Assembly (NCBI GenBank): GCA_965112735.1
Contig: OZ218957.1
Span: 1,736,001-1,800,000 of the forward strand
From: Phaeosaccion multiseriatum
Taxonomy: Eukaryota > Protista > Ochrophyta, other classes
Direction of reading: 5' to 3'
Length of the DNA stretch: 64,000 nt
This document shows positions 53,249 to 64,000 of the stretch, piece by piece; positions within the stretch are counted from its first letter, which is position 1, and the number at the start of each line of letters is the position of its first letter. The notes beneath the pieces are model-generated. The model searched no databases, was not told where the DNA came from, and was given only the letters and a program-made list of their open reading frames with translations. Made by a program: the position numbers and the translations under genes.

Positions 53249-56200
53249 ATGGGTCGCGCCAACGAGAAGGCCCCAAGGAAATGTGCGTCCGGGGGCTGTC
53301 ATCGTCGCTGATCCTTCATGTGTCCCTGGCTCCACCCCCCACCGAACCATGCCTTCACCCCGCCCCTTCCACTTGTTTCAAGCCCCCACTCTCTCCCTTC
53401 CCCCTTATCTCACTGACTCATGTATGGGCTCTCGTCCACTGCTGCCGTCCACAAGTCCTTTCACTGGCTCTCACCTTCTTTTCTAGTCTGATGCCATCCT
53501 TCCTGGCTTCTTTTCCCCTGCCCCTTCTCTCTCTCTCTCCTTCTCCTTCTCTTTGTCTCTCTCTCATCTGCCGCGACCACCAGACAAGCTGTGTACGAAG
53601 GAAGGATGCACCAAGCTCGACGTGGGAGGTGGTGCCTGCGTTGCCCACGGGGGTGGAGTGAGGTGCGTTGCACTCCCATGGCCTGCTGCTACTGGTGCTG
53701 CTGCTGGTGCTGGCTGACATATCACCAACTGCCGTGGCACAATCCAATCAATTAGGTGCGAGTTCCCGGGTTGCGTCAAGGGCGCACAGGCCGGCTCCAA
53801 GTACAGTAAGGCCGGGGAAGGGGGCGTCCAGGGGCACTTCTGCCGCTCGCACGGGGGAGGGAGGCGTTGCCAGACAGAGGGTTGTCAAAAGGCGGTGAGT
53901 GAGGGGGATGGGGACGGATGACAGTGGATGGATGGCAGTGGGTGGCAGTGGATGGATAGCAGTGTGTGTGTGTGTGTAGGTGGATGGCAGTGGGTGGCAG
54001 TGGATGGATGGTACTGGGTGTGTGGACAGTGGATGGTAGTGGATGGCAGTAGATGGCAGTAAATGGCACGCACCGCAGCACGGAGGGCTATCAGAAGGCG
54101 GGTGCATGAGTACGTGAGGAGGGGGACGGGGGAGGGACAGGCATATGGGCAGGCATATGGGCAGGCATATGGGCAGGCATATGGGCAGGACCACGATGAG
54201 AGGGCTTCATGGGCCTTGTCCCTCGAAAGTCATCCCTTATCCCCATTATGCTTACGTGTCCATTACGTGTACATTACGTGTGTATTACGTGTATATTACA
54301 TGTTTATCACGTGTATATTACGTGTACATTACGTGTATATTACGTGTGTATTACGTGTGTCTGTGTCTGTATGTTCTCTTGCCGCCCTGCTTGTCGTCGC
54401 TCACCTACCGACCAAGCCAAACCAAACCCAACTCCAAATCCAAACTAACTTGTGAGCCGCTCGTCCGGGTTATATTATATATTATATACATCCCCAGGAT
54501 GTGGGCGGGGGACACTGCCGTAGCCACGGGGGAGGGCGACGCTGCTCCTTCCCGGGTTGCCCCAAGACGGACGTGGGGGGAGGCAAATGCGTGGCGCACG
54601 GCGGCGGAGTGCGATGCAAGCATCCGGGCTGTACCAAGGGGGCTCAGGGCTTTGGGACAAAGTGCAAGGCGCACGGCGGCGGGCTGCGGTGTAAGATTAA
54701 AGGGTGCAATACGAGTGCGCAGAACTGCTCCAAGCTGCTGTGCATCAAGCATGGGGGGGGCAAGCAGTGCCTGGTGGAGGGGTGTGAGTTTCTCGTGAGG
54801 AGGCAGGGTGAGTGAAAGGGGAGGGGAGGGGAGGGGAGGGGAGGGGAGGGGGAGGGGAGGGAGGGAGGGAGGGAGGGAGGGAGGGAGGGAGGAGAGGGAG
54901 GGGCATTTTGAGTTTGTTTACTCCCTCCACGCGCCCAACCCAACCCCTAGCACCTCATGTATCTGCATGCCAACCGATCGTACTCTCATGTATCTGCATG
55001 CCAACCGATCGTACTCTCATGTATCTGCATGCCAACCGATCGTACTCTCATGTATCTGCATGCCAACCGATCGTACTCCCTCTTCCCTTCTCTCTCACCC
55101 CCTCTCTTCCTCCCTCCTCTGGCCCGCTCCCCCGCCCCCTTCTCCCCTTTTCCTCCCTCCCTCCCTCCCGCTGTCCAGGGCGGTGTGCCAAGCACCTGAG
55201 GGACCTCGCAGCGGAAGGAAAGTCGCCCAAGTCCACTCCCCCAGTAGTTGGTGATACAGCGGCGGCAGCAGCAGCACCGCCAGGGCCAGGGGCAGAAGGG
55301 CCAGGAGGGGCAGGAGGGGCAGGAGGGGAAGTGAGAGAGGCATCCGAGCAACCAGTCGGGGGGGGGGGGGAGAGAAGCGCCCGCGAGGGGGTGAACGGAG
55401 ACGCAGGAGAAGGGCTGGAAGGGCTGGTGGGTGGCGAAGGACGACAGGACCGTAAGGTGGTGAGGGGCGGGCGTGGCGGCAGCCCTGGTGGCAGCGCTGG
55501 CAGCGGCAGCCCTGGCAGCGGCAGCACCAGTAGCAGCAGGAGCAGCAGGAGGACGAGCAACAGCAATAGCGAGAGGGCGATGGCAGTAGAAGGCGGCATC
55601 ATGAGGAAAGCGAGCGACGCCGAGGACGGGCAAGCACACCACCACGGCAGAGAAGAAGGACAAGAAGGAGCGGGCGGAGGAGCAAGAGCACCAGTGGGTG
55701 ATAAAGGCGTTGCTGCTTTGGCCTCGGTCCTTTCCAACTATGCAGACGCAGCTGCAGCTCCGGGGCTTGGGGGACGTGCCATCCCCAACGGAGGCGGGGG
55801 CGGCGGCGGCGGAGGCGGGGGCGGCGGCGGCGGCGGCGGCGGCAGCAGCATTGGCGACAACGGTTACAACGATTACAGCAGTCCCGGCAGTAACGGGCTG
55901 GTGATGATGAGGGATGGTGTTCCTCTTACGGCAGAGGAACAGCAGCAGCAGCAGCAATTGGTGATACAGCAGCAACAGTTGGTGATACAACGCCAGCAGC
56001 AGCAGCTGCAACAGCAGCAACAATTGGTGCTACAGCAGCAGCACCTGGAGGGAGTCCTCCCTCTCCCCCGGGGCATGTCCGTCCCATCCGCCGCTGCCAT
56101 GGCCATGGGTGCTCCCCCTCACTCGGCCCAGCATCAGCAGCATCAGCAGCAGCAGCAGCAGCAGCAGCAGGCCTTCCAAGAGCCCTATCCCCTGCGCTAT

Positions 56201-56739
56201 TCCTCCCCCCCTTCCTTGCACTCCGGGCCACACCCTCCGCCTCAGGCTCCGTTGACCGTCGTGGGTGGGGGCAGGGGTCAGAGGCGCCTGTACGAACAAG
56301 TCGGGCGGGAGGAGGCCCGTGGGCGGTTTGATCCAAGCCTCTACTCCCCTTCTTCTTTGCAGCAGCGTCAGCAGCACCAGCGCTTTGAGGCGTGGGGGGT
56401 CGGGGCCGCCGAGCAGCGTCAGGGTCTGGTGAGGCAGCGACAGCAGGAGCAGCAGCCGTACCACCAGCAGCTGCACCAGGAGGAGCTGCGGCAGAGGGTG
56501 CTGGAGCAGGATCGAAGAGAGCAGGGTCAAGGCGCGCCATTGGTGATACAGCAGCAGCAGCAGCAGCAGCCGCCGCCGACGCCGCAGCAGCCGCAGAACT
56601 GGTATGGGCAGCACGAGCCCCAGCACGTGTACTACAGACAGCAGCAGCACCAGTCGGGAATACAGCAGCAGTATGGTCCTTCCAGGAGGGTGGTCCAGGG
56701 GGGCTTGCGAGGTGAGCGAGTAATCGTATCAGCTTGTGG

Positions 56740-56776
<37 letters not shown>

Positions 56777-57735
56777 CCCTCGCCTTTTGCATTTCTTGTT
56801 TGTTTGTATGTTTATTTTGGTTTCTTTCCTTGTTTCTCAGCTATCTCTTGACTTTGCCACGCAGCAGCACTCTGCTCTCTCTCTGCCTAACTCGCTCGAC
56901 CCAACTGACTCAATGGCGGTGCTCTCTCTTCGCTCCATCAATCGCCCACGCCCCCGCCCTCTGCCCTGCTCTCCTGTGCTCCACTCGGCGCCGCTCTTCT
57001 CTTGTCTCGTCTGCTTTTGTTCTCCGTCACAGCAGACCTCAACGGCCCCCCACAGCAGCCTTCTCGCATTGCCGACAGCCGCACCGCGCCCATTGGTGCT
57101 GCTGGGGCGGCGGCTACTGCTGCTGGTGGTGGGGGGGGTGGGGACACTGCCACCGGTTGGGGTGGCAATGGCCTTGCGCAGATTGCTGTTCCCTCGCCCC
57201 ACCGTCGCCTTGTGGAGGAGGAAGAAGATGGAGGAGCAGGTGGTGGTGGTGGTGGTGGTGGTGGTGGTTGTGGTAGGGGCGGGGTGTTTGGGAATAGAAA
57301 ACGGAGTAACTCCAGCACCCACAGCAGCACCAGTGACACACCCAACGCTGAGGCGATGAGCAGGAAGCGAGGAAGAGCAGAGGGGGAGCAGCAAGAGCAG
57401 CAAGATGGGACTCCGGCCGGCCTCTACCGTTCTGAGGGTGGGACTGAGCAGGGAGACAGAGGCAGACACCAAGGAGAAGGAGAAGGAGGAGGAGAAGGCG
57501 TTGGTCCTAGTGGGCGAGAGGATGACAGTGGGCACCGCCGGAGAGGAGAGGACGAGGAGCTTCCGACGGGGGTTGAGAAGAAGAAGAAGAAGGGAAGCTG
57601 CTGCTCTGGGTCAAAAGCCGCTGCTGCAGAAGTGACTGCAATACACGAACCACCGTCAGCAGCAGCAGGGGGTGGGGGTGGGGGTGAGGGTGGACCGACT
57701 CAAAGGCAGGCAGGAGGCCAAGTAGTAGAAGGACA

Positions 57736-57776
<41 letters not shown>

Positions 57777-59332
57777 GAGCAGGAGGAGGAGGAGGAGGAG
57801 GAGGAGGAGGAGGAGGAGGAGGAGGAGGTTGCTGTGCCTCTCGACAGAAGGCTCCTCCTCTTCAGCCTGACTCAACCCTCGCCACCGAGACGACAGCACA
57901 ATCGGTAGCAGGGGCAGGGACAGGTGCAGGGACAGGGACGTCAAGGCCAGGCGGCTGCTGCTCATCGAAAGGAGGAGCTGTAGCACCAGCAGCAGCAGGA
58001 CCAGCAGCACCACCAACAGCAGCAGCACCACCAGTTCCACCACCAATGGATTCGTCAGGCCGCTCAGGGGGCGGAGGGGGCTGCTGCTCATCAAAAGGAA
58101 GAGCTGAAGCACCAGCAGCAGCACAACCAGCAGGACCACCAGCAGCAGCGGCAGCACCACCACCAGTTCCACCACCAATGGATTCGTCAGTCCGCTCAGG
58201 GGGCGGAGGGGGCTGCTGCTCATCGAAAGGAAGAGCTGAAGCACCAGCAGCAGCACCACCACCACCACCACCACCACCACCAATGGATTCGTCTGGCCGC
58301 TCAGGGGGCGGAGGTGGGTGCTGCTCTGGCGGCGCGGTGGCCGCCGCCCCTAAGTTGAGCAACACCGACAACATGAGTGGTCTTCCTAGCACTGGGACAA
58401 ACGGCAGCAAGAAGAGTAACTTCCCCACCTTCTACTCGCTGAGCATACCCGAGATGAGCTGCATGTCGGTGTGTGGCCTCGCCATTCAAGCCGCTCTCCA
58501 TGCCGTTAACGGAGTGCTCAATGTCACCATTCACGAACCCACCAAGACGGCAACGGTGCAGCTCAACGAGGGTGTGTTTGTGGCGCCTGACGTGCTCATA
58601 AAGTCGCTGGACGCGGTGAGTGAGTGGGGTGGGGTGGGGTAGAGTGGGGTAGTGTGGTTGCGGTAGGTTGGATGGATGGATCAGTGAGTGGGGTGGGTGG
58701 GTGCGTGGGTGGGTGATTTGGATGTGTGGGTGCGTGGGTGGGTGGGTGGGTGATTTGGATGTGTGGGTGCGTGGGTGCGTGGGTGGGTGGGTGATTTGGA
58801 TGTGTGGGTGCGTGGGCAGGTAGTGATGGTTGTGGCTGCGTCGGGCTGGGTTGTGCCTGTGAGGTTGGGGGCTTATCATGAGAGCCCCTCTCCCACTGCT
58901 GGATTGAACCCCCTTTCCTCACCTTCCTTGGGCCTTGCCCTCCACTTCCTTTCCTCCTCCTGCTCCCCCTCCTCCTCCTCCTCCTCCACCATCACCACCA
59001 CCACCATAACTACACACACACACACACACACAAACCAACAACGCTACACAGATCGGCTTCAAGGCCCGCTGCATCTCCCTCTCCACAGCCACCGACAACG
59101 ACGTCCAGGCTCCCCCCGGCTCCACCTCCAACGGTGTAGGCCCTTTCTCCAGCAACCTCTCCGCTCCTTGGGCCATCTCCTCCGCGATGGGGGTGGTGGA
59201 TAGAGGGTGTGGGATGGCGTGGGGGCTGGAGTGCTCGTGCGACCCCGATGATTGCAATTGCGTTGCGTGCGTGATTCACAATGGAGGAAGGGATGAAGAG
59301 GAGGTGGCGGCCAAGATGGAAGATGCTGTCAA
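53249..59332 (+). CDS. Multi-exon protein: 7 WRKY19-like zinc fingers, polyQ region, six Cys-Cys motifs, HMA domain, Cys-rich C-terminal cluster (3' end not resolved)
   Basis: Frame-consistent GT-AG joins at ~54808/55179, ~56711/57033 and ~58615/59052; fingers such as CSFPGCPKTDVGGGKCVAHG; HMA-like LSIPEMSCMSVCGLAIQAALHAVNGVLNVTI..ATV..LIKSLDAIGFKA; CSCDPDDCNCVACVIH. Confidence 0.78.
54954..55077. repeat. 31-bp tandem repeat x4 (CTCATGTATCTGCATGCCAACCGATCGTACT), intronic
   Basis: Four identical adjacent units. Confidence 0.92.
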
Positions 59333-60900
59333 GGCAAGTGGGAGAGGGGAGGGTGGGGGGGGGAGGGGGAGAGGGATGTGCATGCGTGCGAGTGAGTGGG
59401 TGGGTGTTTCCCCCCCCTGTTCGCTTGGCGTCCTCTCAGCTGCGGGCGGTGGGGTGGGGTGGGCGCGAGGGTCTCCATCAGTCACTTTCTTTCTCCCTCC
59501 CTACCTCCTCCTCAACACGCACAAACACGCTCACTCCGTTCTTCACCCACTCACCCCTCACTCACGCATGCACACACTCCTGCACACACACACACACTCA
59601 CTCAACCACTACTTCGCGTCCTATCCCTCTCTCTCTCGCCCCGTCACTCGGCAAGGAGGGCGAGGGTGGGAGAGGTGTGGACGGACGGATGGCAGCAGAG
59701 GGGCAGGAGGGAGAGGTGTGGACGGTGTACATTACGCTAACCGTTGTGTCCGTCCCTCTCCCTCCTGCCCCTCTGCTGCCATCCGTCCGTCTGCCCCTCT
59801 CTGCCGCTATGGTGGTGTCTGACAGGCGATGGTTTCGGCGTGGAATGCAGACGACGGATAGTACTAAGGAAGGAAGGAAGGAAGGAAGGATAATAGAGAG
59901 AGGGGGAGATACATGAGACGGAAGAAAGGAAGGAATAGAGCGACAACGAGACACACACACACACACACGGGGGAGAGTGCGGGAACGACAGACAGATACG
60001 CACACGGAGGGAGAGAGCGAGACAGGAGAAGGAAGGAAGGAAGGAAGGAAGGAAGGAAGGAAGGAAGGAAGGAAGGAAGGAAGGAAGGAAGGGAGGCAGC
60101 CAAAGAGACTGTAGAAGGAAAGACACACACGTGCAACGAAGGACGGGAAGGAAGGAAGAAGTCTACGTGGAAGTGAAGTCCTCATTGCGTATGTAGGCGT
60201 GTGGAGGAACAAGCAAAAGACATGCACGAGGAGGAGAAGGAGGAGGAGAAGGAGGAGGAGGAGGAGGGTCAGCCACGCCCAAGACTCAGGGTTCAAGGCT
60301 CAAGGCTCAACAGGCTCGGTACAAGTGCTTGAGACATAATAATGTGGGGTGCTATTGTAAGAACGATATGGGGGGGGAGGGAAGCTTTACCTTCATACTC
60401 CCCGAGGGGAGGGAAGCTTTACCTTCATACTCTCCATGAGGGGCGGGGAAGGAAGCGCAGCGTAGCGTCATCACTCACCAGTGTATATTTTTATTACAAA
60501 AGGCGGGGGTGGGGGAAAAATGTGTGTGTGTGGGGGGGAGGGGGGGTGTTAAGAAACGAGCAAGAGGTTCAGTTTCATCAGAGCTGAAATAAAAGGGTGC
60601 AAGTTTTATTTATATTTTTGAATTCATTTCCTGTGCAATACGCAGGAAGAGGGACCAGGAGGGGAGGCTCTCGGCTGAGCACACTCACACCCCTCCTTTC
60701 ACGGCTCTGATGCTGGTGCTGGTGCTGTATCACCAACTGGTGCTGGTGCTGGTGCTGGGCGGGGACATGTGGGTGCTGCCTTGCTCCTCGCCACTCAACA
60801 CTTGTTGCTTTGAGCGGTTGGCTGAGGCCGCCCCTCGGAGAAGACGGGAAGGCGACAAGGGAAAGAGCGGCGGCCCCCTCGGGCACTCCCGCCCCTTGAC

Positions 60901-61058
60901 TTGTGCCCGTCGGTGCTGTGGTCTTCACTGTGGTCTTGCCCTACTACCCCTTGTGCCCGTCGGTGCTGTGGTCTTCACTGTGGTCTTGCCCTACTACCCC
61001 TTGTGCCCGTCGGTGCTGTGGTCTTCACTGTGGTCTTGCTTTGCCCTACTACCCCTTG
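60901..61058. repeat. 50-bp tandem repeat x3
   Basis: Unit TTGTGCCCGTCGGTGCTGTGGTCTTCACTGTGGTCTTGCCCTACTACCCC at 60901, 60951 and 61001. Confidence 0.92.
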
Positions 61059-61656
61059 TACCCCACCCCAGCCCCCCTCTCCCCCCCACACCCCCCGCCG
61101 CACGCCCCGCCCTCGGCCTTATGTGTACACACATACTCCTCGGGCTGTGTCTCCTCGTGCAGCTGGTGATGCAGCTGGTGATGTAGCTGGTGATGCAGCT
61201 GGTGCTATTCGGATATCTTTTCCGCATTGCGCCGTCTCCTCTTTGCTCCTCCCCTCTTGCTGTTTCCCTCAACCTTCGCAGGGCACCTGCTGGCAGGGGA
61301 GAGGGGATCGAAGGTGGGCAGAGGAGCAACACACCAAAGAAGGAGAGGAGGGGGCGTGTATCCTCTGTGAGCATTGCTTGGGCTTGGGCTTTTTGCATCG
61401 TGGCACGCCATGCTCCCGACCTTCACACCGTCCGACAGTGACTAGAATGCCCTCAACCGCACTACAAACATGCCTCACATGGAAACCCGCCCCTGAGTCT
61501 GCGCCTTTCCCTGCCCAGAATAGAAGTTAAGAGGGGCCTGCAACCCCACGTACCTGCAAGGAACCACAGTGTCCTCGTGGCAGAGGAATGATGGGGTGGG
61601 TCTATCGAGCTCTTCCTCCCACCGCCCCAATTGTCCTCAGTGACGAAGTCGCATCA

Positions 61657-63771
61657 TCATTCCAAGAGATGAAACACCTCAAGCTCGGGTAGATCTGCAG
61701 GCAGCGGGCAGTCCCTCCCAACCACAAGCTTGAGCAGGCCAGCAGGCAATGTCTTCAAAGGACATGTGTAACGTCGACCCAGTTCCAGTATCCGCAGGGA
61801 AGCAGGGAGGTCCAGAGGGAGGTTAAAGTACCGCCCCATCACCACCTCCACCAAGCCGCAAGGAAGGACCACGCGCTGATTGAAGCGAGAGTCCTCACAA
61901 AATCTGATCCACTTCAGCGAGGAAGGGAGGTCCAGAGGGAAGTTAAAGTCAGCCCCCATCACCACCACCTCCTCCACACCGCAAGGAAGGACCACGCGCT
62001 GATTGAAGTCCCTGCCAAAGTGGATCTTCTTGAGCGAGACAGGCAGGTCCAGAGGGAGGTTAAAGTCAGCCCCCATCCGCACCTCCTCCACACCGCAAGG
62101 AAGGACCATGTGCTGATTGAAGCGAGAGTCCTCACAAAATCTGATCTTCTTGAGCGAGGCAGGCAGGTCCAGAGGGAAGTTAAAGTCAGCCCCCATCACC
62201 ACCACCTCCTCCACACCGCAAGGAAGGACCACGCGCTGATTGAAGACCCTGCCAAAGTGGATCTTCTTGAGCGAGACAGGCAGGTCCAGAGGGAGGTTAA
62301 AGTCAGCCCCCATCACCACCTCCTCCACGCCGCAAGGAAGGACCACGTGCTGATTGAAGTCCCTGCCAAAGTGGATCTTCTTGAGCGAGGCAGGCAGGTC
62401 CAGAGGGAGGTTAAAGTAATGCCCCATCACCACCTCCTCCACGCCGCAAGGAAGGACCACGTGCTGATTGAAGAACCGGCTAAAGTAGATCTTCTTGAGC
62501 GAGGCAGGCAGGTCCAGAGGGAGGTTAAAGGAAACCCCCATCACCACCTCCTCCACGCCGCAAGGAAGGACCACGTGCTGATTGAAGTGATGACCAAAAT
62601 CGATATACTTGAGCGAGGCAGGCAGGTCCAGAGGGAGGTTAAAGAACCATCCCATGGCCACCTCCTCCACGCCGCAAGGAAGCACCACGTGCTGATTGAA
62701 CTTCTGGCCAAAGTGGATAAACTTGAGCGAGGCAGGCAGGTCCAGAGGGAGGTTAAAGTTATCCCCCATCACCATCTCCTCCACGCCGCAAGGAAGGACC
62801 ACGTGCTGATTGAAGCTCTGGGCAAAGATGATCTTCTTGAGCGAGGCAGGCAGGTCCAGAGGGAGGTTGTAACCCCCCATCCGCACCTCCTCTACACCAC
62901 CAGGAAGGACCACGTGCTGATTGAAGTGATACCCAAAGCGTATCTTCTTGATCGAGGCAGGGAGGTCCAGAGGGAGGTTAAAGTCCCACCCCATCTCCAC
63001 CTCCTCTACACCACAAGGAAGGACCACGTGCTGATTGAAGTCCCTGCCAAAGTTGATCTTCTTCAACGAGGCAGGAAGCAAGATCCTCCCATTGAAAGCG
63101 CCTCCAAAGGACACTTCTTCCAATGTGTTGGGCAGAGATACATCGGCCTCATCGAAATAGTCGGAGAAGACCACACGCTTGACTGATGCGGGCAACTGCG
63201 CCAGCGCCTTCGCAACGAGAGCCTTGTCTGCAGATTTCATGCCTTCGTCTCGCGAATCATGGGCGTGACTGAACGCGGCGGCTAAGACAGCCTTGTCTGC
63301 AGGTTTCATGCCTTCGCATCGCGGGTGTCCGTCTCCGTATCTGAAGCCAAGCCGCACAGCCGCCACACGAAATGACCCTGGTACAGATTCACCGCGCTGT
63401 TCTTTCACCTGCTCTTCCTGATTAGCACGCATACCCCCAGACCTTCGGCCCCCCTCCAGGACCGATCTTGTCGCCTCACTCGCAGCAGTAGCACCTGCTC
63501 CCTCGGGAAAGGAAGATGCTGCAGAACAACACCTCTTCTCTTCAGCCTTCTGTTGCCGGAGCAAACTCAGGAAACGACGCTGCACACACTCAGGCATGGC
63601 GCCGCTGATCACCAGAGTGCGGGAGGTGCCCTCGTCAACCTCCCTACACACTCCCCACAGAGCTGTGTCCGAAGTGAAGCTGGCCACAGTTCTCAGGGCC
63701 GCTCTCGCCGCGCTATGCTCAGGCAGTGCCCCACGAGACTGCCCATCCTCACTCACGCCTCCCTTATCCAT
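61657..63771 (-). CDS. FNIP-repeat (LRR-like) protein, 704 aa, intronless, possible degenerate F-box at the N-terminus
   Basis: About 10 tandem ~42-aa double units LPASLKKIxFGxxFNQHVV / LPCGVEEVxMGxxFNLPLD; N-terminal ALRTVASFTSDTALWGVCRE is weakly F-box-like. Confidence 0.88.
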   Translation of the reverse strand: MDKGGVSEDGQSRGALPEHSAARAALRTVASFTSDTALWGVCREVDEGTSRTLVISGAMPECVQRRFLSLLRQQKAEEKRCCSAASSFPEGAGATAASEATRSVLEGGRRSGGMRANQEEQVKEQRGESVPGSFRVAAVRLGFRYGDGHPRCEGMKPADKAVLAAAFSHAHDSRDEGMKSADKALVAKALAQLPASVKRVVFSDYFDEADVSLPNTLEEVSFGGAFNGRILLPASLKKINFGRDFNQHVVLPCGVEEVEMGWDFNLPLDLPASIKKIRFGYHFNQHVVLPGGVEEVRMGGYNLPLDLPASLKKIIFAQSFNQHVVLPCGVEEMVMGDNFNLPLDLPASLKFIHFGQKFNQHVVLPCGVEEVAMGWFFNLPLDLPASLKYIDFGHHFNQHVVLPCGVEEVVMGVSFNLPLDLPASLKKIYFSRFFNQHVVLPCGVEEVVMGHYFNLPLDLPASLKKIHFGRDFNQHVVLPCGVEEVVMGADFNLPLDLPVSLKKIHFGRVFNQRVVLPCGVEEVVVMGADFNFPLDLPASLKKIRFCEDSRFNQHMVLPCGVEEVRMGADFNLPLDLPVSLKKIHFGRDFNQRVVLPCGVEEVVVMGADFNFPLDLPSSLKWIRFCEDSRFNQRVVLPCGLVEVVMGRYFNLPLDLPASLRILELGRRYTCPLKTLPAGLLKLVVGRDCPLPADLPELEVFHLLE

Positions 63772-64000
63772 GCTTCCCTCTGTTTCTCTTTCTTAACGTG
63801 TGTGTGTGGGCGCTACTACTGCGGTCAGTGGTAAGAGAAGAGAGGAAGGGTTTGAAAACCCCGGTTCAGAGCTACAAGCTGGTCCCACCAAGAGACCGAA
63901 AAATCTTCAGACGCGTCGACAGAAGAATCACATGGAGGGAAAAACTAGGGCTATGCTTTCGTTCGTCTTGACGCCCTCTATCGATTGACGCTGTGCCCTT

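Noticed and set aside
62020-63186. 388-aa + strand ORF
   Set aside because: Antisense shadow of the FNIP repeat array.

Overview
Eukaryotic, GC-rich genomic DNA with microsatellite-filled GT-AG introns. It is probably a flagellated protist (stramenopile-like; inference from CFAP61 and WRKY19-type zinc-finger repeat genes). The left half is dominated by three copies of one ~6.7-kb CRE-clade non-LTR retrotransposon (RT + CCHC + restriction-like endonuclease): A (<1-2900, -, truncated by the window edge), B (2904-9643, -, head-to-tail with A) and C (26499-33226, +). Both loci lie antisense inside the same 12-bp sequence GGGTGTGAGAAG (codons G-C-E-K) of C-x4-C-x9-C-x2-H zinc-finger repeats, in two inverted paralogues of a host gene. 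Copy C has a perfect 12-bp target-site duplication (TSD). The most striking observation: on the host strand the element ends carry a GAG|GTAAGT donor and a TAAGCAG| acceptor placed so that copy C could be spliced out in frame, and the A/B junction forms an in-frame 60-nt micro-exon. This makes it a candidate site-specific 'intron-mimicking' retrotransposon, although the copy B junction is out of frame. Its protein also has unusual N-terminal modules (ACP-like, C2H2, A20-like, two RINGs). Other content: a PCMTD-like methyltransferase gene, a compound palindrome (33.8-35.0 kb), a TMEM254-like gene, a CFAP61 gene with an inserted adenylate-kinase domain, a zinc-finger/polyQ/Cys-Cys/HMA gene (candidate metal-sensing regulator), and an intronless FNIP-repeat gene with hypervariable repeat positions. 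There are also small hairpin/MITE-like elements and a dispersed 21-bp motif. Homopolymer indels between copies suggest some frameshifts are assembly errors. All domain calls are by eye, not from database searches.
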